Origin: an uncultured Prevotella sp.
GTDB taxonomy: Bacteria; Bacteroidota; Bacteroidia; Bacteroidales; Bacteroidaceae
Length of the DNA: 64,000 bases
Assembly (NCBI GenBank): GCA_905233425.1
Contig: CAJOEC010000002.1
Location: 29,000-92,999, forward strand
Reading direction: 5' to 3'
Positions 26,756 through 35,559 of the stretch are shown here, in pieces. Within the stretch, counting starts at the first letter, position 1, and the number at the start of each line of letters is the position of its first letter. The translations under genes and the position numbers were made by a program. Under the pieces are notes generated by a model. It searched no databases, was not told the origin of the DNA, and was given only the letters and a program-made list of their open reading frames with translations.

Positions 26756-29700
26756 ATCTTCAGTCTCAGTGACAGTCCGTAGTAATAGCTTGGTATGTAG
26801 CTGCTGCCGAACAGCGATGTCTCGAGGTCGGTCTGCGAGGAGTGCACGCGGCGCATGTTGTTGAAGAAGTTGTTGGCGTAGAACGAGATGCTGATGTGGT
26901 CGCCAATCTCTTTTGTCACGCTCATGTTGGCGGAGTAATATGCGGAGAGACGGTTGGGGTTCATGGTGTAGGCATAGTTCGACCGTACAATGAGCTGTGA
27001 GAGGTCGCTGTAGAGCTTTTTGTCGTTGTCCTTTGCGGCGATGAAGGCCTCGGCGAAGGGTATCAGCTCCGTGGGGTTCTCCCATGTGGAGTAGTATTCG
27101 GGCCAGACCACTACGAACTTGTTTTCCGTCACGCCATCGTAGGGACTCGCTGCGTCAATTCCGTTGAGGTCAGCGTCATCCTTGTTGTCGAGCATGATGC
27201 CTCGTGGCGAACCGTCGGTCTGCTGGCTCAGCGAGCGGCGGAAGCTGTAGAGTGTCGACTCTATGCGCAGGGCAACTATGAGGCGAATCTTAGGTATGTG
27301 TGTCGTCACGGTGGCGTTCAGATTCAACTGCTTCGACAGTGTGCCATTGCTCACCGATGCCGAGGCGCTGCTTCCCGCTGTGGTGACGCTTGTTCCGCGA
27401 TAGTAGCCGATGTACTGGAAGGGCTGTCCGCTGCTTGTCACATTGCTGATGCCCAAGGGCACATCGGCGAAGAACGTGTCGTCGGTGCTCTTGTAGCGGT
27501 AGTAGTTGCCGTCTATGCGCAGCTGAGTGCGAAGGGCCTTTATCTGAGCGAAATCGACAATCCACTCCAGACCGTAGCGTGAGAGCGGCGTGGCGTTGGT
27601 GTAGTGCTGGTTCACCACGTATGTGTGCTTATCTGTGTACTGTAGGGGCAGGCCCTGTGCCAGCCCGCCATCCACAGAATATACGTACACCGTTCCTGTC
27701 TCGTGGTCGATGGTGAAGACGCGGTCGGCCACTGGTATTCCGCTCTGCTGGGCTGCCGACGGGGCTGTGTAGCGGTAGGAGAATGGAGTGTAGTTCTTCT
27801 CGGCCATATACGAGTCGTGGGTCTTGTGGTGGAATGCGGAAAGACTCACGTGCGAACCTTTTATATTAAACTCCACGCCGACGTCCCACTGGTTAGTGTG
27901 CTGCCAGCGCAACGACGGGTTGTACTGTGATTGCGAAGGGTAGGTGTGGTAGGCGTAGTAAGAGACGTTGTCGGCGGTCGATGTCGAGGCGAACACCTGC
28001 AGGTCGCTGTATGCCGGACGTGGGTATAGTACCTGGAACGACGGCAGTTTCACGCTCTTGCCCCATCCGGCATGAAACTCCAAGTCGCTGACTACTCGCT
28101 TGCGTTGTCCGCGCCAGAATATGAGCCGGCCGTTGAATCGTGGCGACAGACTGCTCACCGTGCCGTAGGTTGAGCCGCTGATCATCGTGATGTCGTCGCG
28201 AAGGCCTGCTGTGAGTTCAAATGACCCATTTTTACTGCCTGTGGATGAGCGTGAGGATTGTTTTCTTAGTGGTATGATGATTTTGTCTTCCGCATAAAGT
28301 GCGAGGTTGTGCATCGTCGGCAGCTTGTCGTAGCGGTATTCGCGCCATGTGGGCGCCACGCTGATGTCCTCGTAGTATGTGCCGCGACCGTTGTTACGGG
28401 AGGCGTTGTACTGGGCGCCAATCGCAAAACGATTGGCCACGCTGCCGAAACGGCGGTTACTCTCACCCTTCAGTTTCACGCTCCACGACATTGGCTTCGA
28501 GTCATTGTAGCTGCGCACGTACCAGTAGCCGGTGGGGCTGAGTATGACAGCCCCAGCAGACCCACCCCCTGCCATATTATATCCCAGCTCCGTGGCGTGA
28601 ATGTATGGCTGTGTGGAGGCACTGCTGGTGTGGGCGTATGTCTCCTGCTTTCGGTCCTGGAAAGAGAAGGAAGCCGAAAGGCGCAGGTTGGTGATGAAAG
28701 GCTTGTTAAGCAGCCATTGCATGTCGAGTGTAGAGCGCAGGGCGTTGTCGCGTGCTTTCGTGTAGTCGTCAAGTTCCTCGTCGGGGTCGGCCTCGCTGTT
28801 ATATCCTCCGATGTTGCCTGTGAGACCGACGTTTAGTGTCAGTGGCATCGTTTGCTTGAAGAATACGTTCATGTAGTGAAGCGAGAAAATGTTGCGTTGG
28901 TAGGCGGTATGGGGCGATGCCGCGTCGGAAAAAGAGTGGGCGTGCTCGAAAGAAGTGTTGAGAACACCGAGTGAGGAGCGATGGGTGTTGGGTGTTGAGT
29001 GTTGAGTGAGGTCGAAACCTTTGCTGACGGCTATCTGCCGGGTGTGCTGGTTTATGCTTCCCTCCACGATGAATGGAGATTTTCCTCGCCGTGTCTGCAC
29101 TTTCACTATTCCGTTACTCAGGTCGCCGTATTCCACTGATGGGATGCCAGTTACCACCTCAACACTCTCCACGTTGCTTGTGCTGATGGTGCGTGTCGAT
29201 GCGCCCGTGGTCTCGTCGGAGGCAGCGTTGTTGTCCATACGCATTCCGTCCACTTCTATTGCCGTGCCAAAGGAGGCATTGCCCTTCTCCTGGTGTCCGC
29301 TGCGCAGGGCCAATCGTGTGTCGTTCATCAGCGAGGGGTTCACGGTTTTGCCGCCGGGCAGTAGTGTGGCAATGTCGGCAACATTGATTATCTGTTGCTG
29401 GTCGAGTGTCGTGCGGTCGATGGTGTAGCTTGTCGTCGCCTCATCCTGCTTGCGCCGTGCCGTGACGGTCACCTCGTCGAGCTTCAGATTGCCCGCATTG
29501 AGTTTGAACTTCAGGTTGTCGATGTTGCGCTCCACGCTTATCGGCCACGAGCGTTTCTGGTAGCCCAGACACTGCACCGTGAACGTGTTCTTACCACGTG
29601 GCACGCCATTGATGGTGAACTCGCCTTTTGCACCCGTCACCGCCCACAGCCCGCTCTCTGAGAGCAGCACCGAGGCGAACTCCACGGGCTGGTTAGTGTC

Positions 29701-29823
29701 GGCATCGACCACGGTGCCCTGTATCTGAAAAAGCGCACTGGCCCTCCCCGGCTTATCGTCGGCATGGAGGGCCAGGGCTGCGCATAGTAGCACAAGTGAC
29801 AATATGTGTCGGCTGCCTTTCAA
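26752..29823 (-). CDS. TonB-dependent receptor with N-terminal carboxypeptidase-regulatory-like domain
   Basis: Signal peptide, QIQGTVVDADTNQPVEFASVLL.. domain, plug and a ~800-aa barrel. The only possible start is TTG at 29821-29823, directly after in-frame TAG and the upstream gene's TAA. Confidence 0.85.
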   Translation of the reverse strand: MKGSRHILSLVLLCAALALHADDKPGRASALFQIQGTVVDADTNQPVEFASVLLSESGLWAVTGAKGEFTINGVPRGKNTFTVQCLGYQKRSWPISVERNIDNLKFKLNAGNLKLDEVTVTARRKQDEATTSYTIDRTTLDQQQIINVADIATLLPGGKTVNPSLMNDTRLALRSGHQEKGNASFGTAIEVDGMRMDNNAASDETTGASTRTISTSNVESVEVVTGIPSVEYGDLSNGIVKVQTRRGKSPFIVEGSINQHTRQIAVSKGFDLTQHSTPNTHRSSLGVLNTSFEHAHSFSDAASPHTAYQRNIFSLHYMNVFFKQTMPLTLNVGLTGNIGGYNSEADPDEELDDYTKARDNALRSTLDMQWLLNKPFITNLRLSASFSFQDRKQETYAHTSSASTQPYIHATELGYNMAGGGSAGAVILSPTGYWYVRSYNDSKPMSWSVKLKGESNRRFGSVANRFAIGAQYNASRNNGRGTYYEDISVAPTWREYRYDKLPTMHNLALYAEDKIIIPLRKQSSRSSTGSKNGSFELTAGLRDDITMISGSTYGTVSSLSPRFNGRLIFWRGQRKRVVSDLEFHAGWGKSVKLPSFQVLYPRPAYSDLQVFASTSTADNVSYYAYHTYPSQSQYNPSLRWQHTNQWDVGVEFNIKGSHVSLSAFHHKTHDSYMAEKNYTPFSYRYTAPSAAQQSGIPVADRVFTIDHETGTVYVYSVDGGLAQGLPLQYTDKHTYVVNQHYTNATPLSRYGLEWIVDFAQIKALRTQLRIDGNYYRYKSTDDTFFADVPLGISNVTSSGQPFQYIGYYRGTSVTTAGSSASASVSNGTLSKQLNLNATVTTHIPKIRLIVALRIESTLYSFRRSLSQQTDGSPRGIMLDNKDDADLNGIDAASPYDGVTENKFVVVWPEYYSTWENPTELIPFAEAFIAAKDNDKKLYSDLSQLIVRSNYAYTMNPNRLSAYYSANMSVTKEIGDHISISFYANNFFNNMRRVHSSQTDLETSLFGSSYIPSYYYGLSLRLKI
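28985..29010. repeat. GTGTTGA heptamer run (x3.7) inside the TonB-dependent receptor
   Basis: gtgttgg gtgttga gtgttga gtgag. On the gene strand it encodes ..LTQHSTPNTH.. Confidence 0.6.
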
Positions 29824-29826
29824 CTA

Positions 29827-30336
29827 TTACAGTTTATAGCAGACACCGATTGCGAACACTGGGCGGTCGATGTCTTTCAGGTATTGGTACTTGAAATCGA
29901 AATTAACCTTGAGTTCGTCGTTAAGCTGATATTCCCAACCGGCACCGAGGTTCACGCCGAAACGTGTGTGATAGCCACTGCCTACGATGTTGTCGCCGGT
30001 TTTGTAGGTCATAATCGACGGGCCAATGATGGGGTAGACGTTCATCTTCTCAGCGACATGGATGAGATACTGGGCGTTAACGTTGACGTCCCACTGCGAG
30101 GCGCTATAGCCACCCCACTCTTCACTCACAGTCCGCTTGAAGAAATAGTTGGCAGCAGCCTCAAGTCGGAGGTTCTGTTTGATTTCATACTGCAACTTGC
30201 CACCCACACCGAAATTCTTGAACTTGTTGTTCACGCCGTAGCTGAGGTTCACACCGACCCACTTGTCGCCTTCTTCTGCAAAAGTTGCTGTTGTGCTGAC
30301 AAGCATCACGGCCAAAATAGCGAGAATTTTCTTCAT
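29827..30336 (-). CDS. Small 8-strand-type outer-membrane beta-barrel protein (OmpW/OMP_b-brl-like)
   Basis: Start MKKILAILAVMLVSTTATFA at 30336, alternating aromatic beta-strand pattern, C-terminal ..IGVCYKL. Confidence 0.7.
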   Translation of the reverse strand: MKKILAILAVMLVSTTATFAEEGDKWVGVNLSYGVNNKFKNFGVGGKLQYEIKQNLRLEAAANYFFKRTVSEEWGGYSASQWDVNVNAQYLIHVAEKMNVYPIIGPSIMTYKTGDNIVGSGYHTRFGVNLGAGWEYQLNDELKVNFDFKYQYLKDIDRPVFAIGVCYKL

Positions 30337-30378
30337 AACTCTATTGTTTTTGTTGATAAATGTGAATAATATTCGATG

Positions 30379-30386
30379 CAAAAGTA
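30379..30386 (-). promoter_or_regulatory. Candidate -7 box (TACTTTTG) for the six-gene outer-membrane operon
   Basis: The reverse complement of caaaagta, 43 nt upstream of start 30336. Confidence 0.5.
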
Positions 30387-30490
30387 CGAAGAATAATTTG
30401 AATGACCAAAGAAATAAAGATATTTTACAGTAAAAACCTGCTTTTTGCGTTAATCATCCAAAAAAAGTTTGTCACGTCAGCATTATTTCA

Positions 30491-30498
30491 TAATTTTG
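30491..30498 (+). promoter_or_regulatory. Candidate -7 box (TAATTTTG) for kdsB
   Basis: Matches TAnnTTTG, 27 nt upstream of ATG 30525. Confidence 0.5.
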
Positions 30499-30524
30499 CA
30501 CTCAATAATGAAAAACAGAATGAT

Positions 30525-31289
30525 ATGAAAACAATTGTTATTATCCCCGCCCGCTATGCTTCAACACGTTTCCCCGGCAAGCCCTTGGCCTTGCTCGGAG
30601 GAAAGCCAGTGGTGCAGTGGGCTTACGAAACTGTCGCCAAGATGTTTGAGTATGTCTATGTCGCCACCGACGACGAGCGCATACGCCAGACCGTGGAGGC
30701 ATTTGGTGGCAGGGCTGTTATGACCCGTGCCGACCACAAGAGCGGCACCGACCGCATCTGCGAGGCCGTTGAGACGCTGGGCATTGCCGAAGACAACGAC
30801 ATCGTGGTGAACATCCAGGGCGACGAGCCGTTCATAAAGATTGCGCAGATATTGACAGTGTGCGGCCAGTTCTCCGACCTTCAGACGCAGATAGCCACAC
30901 TTGGCATACCATTTAAGACCATGGATGCAGTGGACAATCCCAACTCGCCGAAGATTGTCACCGACAACAACGGCAACGCCCTATATTTCAGCCGCAGTGT
31001 CATACCCTTCGTGCGCGGAACTGAACACGGACAATGGCTGGCACAGTTCCCATTTCTGAAGCACATCGGTATCTATGCCTACCGCTACCATGTGCTGCGC
31101 GAGATAACACAGCTGCCGCAGAGTCCGTTGGAGATGGCTGAGAGTCTGGAACAGCTGCGATGGCTGCAGAACGGCTACCGCATTCGCGTGGGCATCACCG
31201 AAGAGGAGACAGTGGGAATAGACACCCCCGAAGACCTGGCACGTGCAGAGGCCATGCTGGCTGCCGGAGGGAATTTCCCGTCTCATTAG
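30525..31289 (+). CDS. kdsB: 3-deoxy-manno-octulosonate cytidylyltransferase (CMP-KDO synthetase)
   Basis: MKTIVIIPARYASTRFPGKPL.., ..HKSGTDRI.., ..VNIQGDEPF.. ATG 30525 was chosen over the 41-codon upstream extension in the track. Confidence 0.92.
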   Translation: MKTIVIIPARYASTRFPGKPLALLGGKPVVQWAYETVAKMFEYVYVATDDERIRQTVEAFGGRAVMTRADHKSGTDRICEAVETLGIAEDNDIVVNIQGDEPFIKIAQILTVCGQFSDLQTQIATLGIPFKTMDAVDNPNSPKIVTDNNGNALYFSRSVIPFVRGTEHGQWLAQFPFLKHIGIYAYRYHVLREITQLPQSPLEMAESLEQLRWLQNGYRIRVGITEEETVGIDTPEDLARAEAMLAAGGNFPSH

Positions 31290-31293
31290 GCCT

Positions 31294-31410
31294 CATAAGT
31301 CTTATAAGTCTCATAAGTCTCATAAGTCCTATAAGTCTCATAAGTCCTATAAGTCTCATAAGTCCTATAAGTCTCATAAGTCCTATAAGTCCCATAAGCC
31401 CCATAATTAG
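31294..31410. repeat. 9-bp tandem array (YATAAGTCY x13) occupying essentially all of the kdsB-sensor kinase spacer
   Basis: cataagtct tataagtct cataagtct cataagtcc tataagtct .. cataagccc cataattag, with an 18-bp higher-order alternation. Confidence 0.9.
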
Positions 31411-31415
31411 TCCCA

Positions 31416-34400
31416 GTGGTCTCATTGTTCCCATCATCCCCAGCGCTGCCATCAGTCGCAGACCGTCGCGCCAGTCCTCTTCTCTTTTTGCTGTTGGCGC
31501 TATTGGCCGCCTGCAGCCCCGGGGGCGTTCCCACTGCCGACTCGCTCAACGACCAGGCTTACTACTGGCACTACCGCAATGTAGACTCTACCGAGCATTA
31601 CGCCCGTCTGGCCCTTCACTCGTCGCCCAACTATGCTACCGGGCAGGCCGAGGCAATGAACAACTTGGCTTTCGTAAGGCTTGTGCGCATGGACTACGAC
31701 GGCGCACGCCGAATCCTCGACTCCATACCGATCATCACCGACAACCAGATAGAGATGCTCGTGGGCTACGTACAGCAGATGCGGTTATGCCAGCGTCGCT
31801 CTGCCAACCGCGAGTTCTATGACTACCGCGAACAGGCTACACGCTGCCTCCAGCGCATCGACGAGGACCGCTCGGTGCTCACACCACGGCAACAACGCCG
31901 CATGCTCTATGCAGAGAGCGAGATGGCCATCGTCACCTCCACATATTATTATTATGTGGGACTGGAGCGGCAGTCGTCGGAGACGATGCTTGCCATAGCC
32001 CCTGGCATAGAGCGCGATACCGCCCAATACCTCAACTATCTCTACAACGTCGGGGCGGGCGGAATAATCACCGCCGGTTCACAGACCGACATTAGCCAGC
32101 AGGAGTTCGACCATCTGATGCGCTGCCACCTCCTGGCCCGACATACCGGCTGTGTCTTTTTTGAGGCCAACGCACTCGAGGCCATGGCCGAGCACCTGAT
32201 AAACCCAGCCAGCCGTAGCATGATTATTGCTGACAATCTGCCGGCAATGAAATTCCTGAACCCCGACGGTGTGTCGGACGACAGCCTCCCCCTGTGGCTT
32301 TCCGGGAAAGCGCTCGACATGTTCTCTGCCTACGGCGACACCTACCAGATAGCTGGTGCATATCGCACATTGGCTTCATGCTATCTCGCACAGGATGACT
32401 ACCAGCATGCCCTCGACTGTCTGCAAATGAGCCTCAGCGACACCATCATCGAGCAGGCCCCCGACCTCGTGGCCAGCATCCGCGAACAGATGAGCGTGGC
32501 CTTCGCCGCCGTCGACAACAAGGTCGAGAGCGACCGAAACCGCAACATCTACCTCGACCTACAGGAACAGACACGACAGGACCGCCAGTTGGAGGCGCGT
32601 GCCGGACAGTTAGAGCAGTCGCTGAGCAACACCAGCCGCATGTTGTGGGCTGTCATCGCCACCATCGTCGTGCTGGTGGCCGTCGTGGCGTTTTACTATC
32701 AGTGGCGCAGACGGCGTGCTGACATGCCCGACGGTGACATGGAAGAGCGCGAGGAGCAGCTGCGTGAACAGATTGCCGTCATGCGTTTGCGTGTGGAACA
32801 GGGTGAGCGACGCCATCTGGAGCAGAGGGCGAAAGTGTCGCTTATAACAGGCATAACGCCATTCATCGACCGAATACTTCACACCATCTCACGCCTCGCC
32901 CAGTCATCCCCGGCAGGGACACCACTACACGAGCAGCGGATGGAATATGCTATAGAGCTGACCGACGAAATAAACCGACAGAACACGCTGCTGACAAACT
33001 GGATACAGCTGCGCCAGGGGGAGTTGAGCCTGCACATAGAGACATTTCCCTTGCAGGATCTGCTCGACATGGTAAGGCGCTCAGAGCAGAACTTCGCCTC
33101 GAAGGGCATCACCCTCAGCGTGCTCCCTTCCACAGCCAGCGTCAAGGCCGACCGCGTGCTGACTCTATTCATGCTCAACACCCTTGCCGACAATGCCCGG
33201 AAGTTCACCCCGCAGGGAGGCTCGGTGACTATAAGCACTACTGAGGCTTCCGACTATGTGGAGATTTCGGTCAGCGACACAGGCTGCGGCATCGACCAGC
33301 AGACGCTTGCCCACATCTTCGAGCAGTCCCATGGCTTTGGCCTTCGCAACTGCAAGGGCATCATGGAGAAGTACCGCAAGATGAGTGCCATCTTCCGGGT
33401 GTGCACAATAGCTGCCGAAAGCACAGTCGGCGTGGGCAGCCGCTTCTTCTTCCGTCTGCCGAAAGGGACTTTAGGCCGTATGGGTCATATAGGCATTATA
33501 AGCCTTGTATGCCTTATGTCATTTGCCACAGCCACTGCACAGCCGACGGTGAACAGTCTCGACCGCGCTGCCAGTTATGCCGACTCGGCATATTTCTCAA
33601 ACGTCTATGGCTACTACGAGCGTGCTCTGCTGTTTGCCGACTCATGCCGTCAATGCCTCAACGACCATTTCCGCCAGCATCATCCGGGCAGCGCAGACAC
33701 CCTTCTCGCCGTCGACGACCTCGCGGCAGTGCCCACGGACATACGATGGTTCCACGACAGTATAGACTGTAGCTACAGCACCATACTCGACATGCGCAAC
33801 GAGAGCGCGGTGGCCGCGCTCGCACTCCACAAGTGGAATCTCTACCAATACAACAACCGCATCTACACACAGCTGTTCAAGGAGCTGTCGGCTGACAACT
33901 CGCTCGACGACTACTGCCGCAAGATGCAGCTGTCGCAGACAAACCGACAGGTGGCCGCAGTAATGCTTGTGCTGCTCTTCATCTGCATCCTTGCCGCTGT
34001 GGCATGGCAGATGGTGCAGATGCTCAGCCTCTCGGAACGGCGGCGCAGACAGCAGCAGGAACGTCTCGACGCTCTGGCCGACGAGCTGCAGCGGCTGACG
34101 ATGGAAAACAATGCACTACATGTCAGCAATGCGGTGCTCGACAACACCCTCTCCACACTGAAGCATGAGACGATGTACTACCCAAGCCGCATAAGACAGG
34201 CTGTTGAGCAGCGACTGGAGTTCCACGAACTGCAACAGCTCGTCTCATACTACCGCGAACTCTACGGACTGCTGAGTGCACAGTCGCTCGACCAGGTGCA
34301 AAGGTGCTCGCTTCACCTCAAGCCCCTTCATCATGGAATCCTCGGCGACGAGAACCTCATTAACTTCCTCTTCGACATCCTCAAGCGCGAGAATGCACAA

Positions 34401-34655
34401 CAGCCGCCCACGGTAGAATATGCGACGAAGGACGAGAAATATGTGGAATGCCGGGCCACGATGACCGCCTTACGGCGCACAGACCTGTTCACTCCTTCCG
34501 ACGAAGCCAACATTCCCTGGCTGCTCTGCCGCCAGATAGTGCGCGACCATGGCGAGGCCACAAACCGCAGGGCATGTGCCATACGCGCAGAGGCACACCC
34601 CAACGCCACAATAATAGTTATCACCCTCCCCAAGAGTCCCGCAAAGTCGCAATAA
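31416..34655 (+). CDS. TPR-containing sensor histidine kinase fused in frame to a DUF5113-like module
   Basis: GTG start directly after the repeat array. Lipoprotein-like signal (..LLALLAAC), TPR-like region and a TM helix. HATPase N-box LNTLADNARKF, G1 SDTGCGI, G2 GFGLRNCKG. After ..FFFRLPKG the frame continues into a second signal-peptide-like segment (MGHIGIISLVCLMSFATATAQ) and a module containing LSTLKHETMYYPSRI. Confidence 0.7.
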   Translation: MVSLFPSSPALPSVADRRASPLLFLLLALLAACSPGGVPTADSLNDQAYYWHYRNVDSTEHYARLALHSSPNYATGQAEAMNNLAFVRLVRMDYDGARRILDSIPIITDNQIEMLVGYVQQMRLCQRRSANREFYDYREQATRCLQRIDEDRSVLTPRQQRRMLYAESEMAIVTSTYYYYVGLERQSSETMLAIAPGIERDTAQYLNYLYNVGAGGIITAGSQTDISQQEFDHLMRCHLLARHTGCVFFEANALEAMAEHLINPASRSMIIADNLPAMKFLNPDGVSDDSLPLWLSGKALDMFSAYGDTYQIAGAYRTLASCYLAQDDYQHALDCLQMSLSDTIIEQAPDLVASIREQMSVAFAAVDNKVESDRNRNIYLDLQEQTRQDRQLEARAGQLEQSLSNTSRMLWAVIATIVVLVAVVAFYYQWRRRRADMPDGDMEEREEQLREQIAVMRLRVEQGERRHLEQRAKVSLITGITPFIDRILHTISRLAQSSPAGTPLHEQRMEYAIELTDEINRQNTLLTNWIQLRQGELSLHIETFPLQDLLDMVRRSEQNFASKGITLSVLPSTASVKADRVLTLFMLNTLADNARKFTPQGGSVTISTTEASDYVEISVSDTGCGIDQQTLAHIFEQSHGFGLRNCKGIMEKYRKMSAIFRVCTIAAESTVGVGSRFFFRLPKGTLGRMGHIGIISLVCLMSFATATAQPTVNSLDRAASYADSAYFSNVYGYYERALLFADSCRQCLNDHFRQHHPGSADTLLAVDDLAAVPTDIRWFHDSIDCSYSTILDMRNESAVAALALHKWNLYQYNNRIYTQLFKELSADNSLDDYCRKMQLSQTNRQVAAVMLVLLFICILAAVAWQMVQMLSLSERRRRQQQERLDALADELQRLTMENNALHVSNAVLDNTLSTLKHETMYYPSRIRQAVEQRLEFHELQQLVSYYRELYGLLSAQSLDQVQRCSLHLKPLHHGILGDENLINFLFDILKRENAQQPPTVEYATKDEKYVECRATMTALRRTDLFTPSDEANIPWLLCRQIVRDHGEATNRRACAIRAEAHPNATIIVITLPKSPAKSQ
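33487..33531. repeat. Degenerate 9-mer run related to YATAAGTCY at the kinase/second-module junction
   Basis: gtatgggtc atataggca ttataagcc ttgtatgcc ttatgtcat. It contains the in-frame ATG at 33489. Confidence 0.55.
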
Positions 34656-34679
34656 TTCCCAAAACAACCCAATATCACT

Positions 34680-35396
34680 ATGGAAAAATTCAAAGTCATC
34701 ATCGTTGAAGACGTGCCCTTGGAGCTGAAGGGCACACTGGGTATCATCAGTGCCGACATCCCCGAAGCTGAAGTGCTGGGCACAGCCGACTGCGAGCCGG
34801 CATACTGGCGGCTGCTCAAGCAGCAGCTGCCCGACCTCGTGCTCCTCGACCTCGGACTTGCCGGCTCCACGACTGTCGGAGTGGAGCTGTGCCGCCAGAC
34901 CAAGGAACTATACCCGCAGATAAAGGTGCTCATCTTCACAGGCGAGATACTGAACGAGAAACTGTGGGTCGACGTGCTCGATGCAGGAGCCGACGGCATT
35001 ATCCTCAAGACAGGTGAACTGCTCACCCGCCACGACGTAATGGCCGTCATGGACGGCAAGCAGCTTGTGTTCAACGAGCCTATTCTGCGCAAGATCGTTG
35101 AGCGGTTCAAACGCAGTGTGGGCATGCAGATATACAAGCAGGAGGCACTGGTGGACTACGAGATTGACGAGTATGATGAGCGTTTCCTGCGTCATCTTGC
35201 ACTTGGCTACACAAAGGAGCAGATAACACAGCTGCGTGGGATGCCTTTCGGAGTGAAAAGCTTGGAGAAGAGGCAGAACGACCTCGTGAACCGACTCTTC
35301 AACGACACGCGGGGGGTGAATGCCACCCGCCTCGTCGTAAAGGCTCTCGAACTGCATATCCTCGACATCGACAACCTTACGCCCGATGAGGATTAA
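34680..35396 (+). CDS. LuxR/GerE-type two-component response regulator
   Basis: REC domain (KVIIVEDVP.., ..DLVLLDLGL.., ..KVLIFTG..) plus a C-terminal HTH (..LALGYTKEQITQL..VKSLEKRQNDLVNRL). Confidence 0.8.
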   Translation: MEKFKVIIVEDVPLELKGTLGIISADIPEAEVLGTADCEPAYWRLLKQQLPDLVLLDLGLAGSTTVGVELCRQTKELYPQIKVLIFTGEILNEKLWVDVLDAGADGIILKTGELLTRHDVMAVMDGKQLVFNEPILRKIVERFKRSVGMQIYKQEALVDYEIDEYDERFLRHLALGYTKEQITQLRGMPFGVKSLEKRQNDLVNRLFNDTRGVNATRLVVKALELHILDIDNLTPDED

Positions 35397-35559
35397 CCAA
35401 AGTCGACAATTGGAACTATGTTTTAGCAAAACAGAAAAAAACAACAAAAACAGATAAAAACCATTTGTCCTGTTTTTCTCGGTTTTTCTTGTTTTTTCCT
35501 GTATTTCTAAAAAGCATTGGCTACTTAGTAACAGTAAAGAAACAAATAGCGTTAATGTA

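Noticed and set aside
31160-31822. 220-aa ORF translating the 9-mer array as ISLISLISPISLISP..
   Set aside because: It overlaps the well-supported 3' end of kdsB in another frame and the 5' end of the kinase gene. Its repetitive part is just the array read in frame, and the rest is Arg/Pro-rich shadow-frame sequence.
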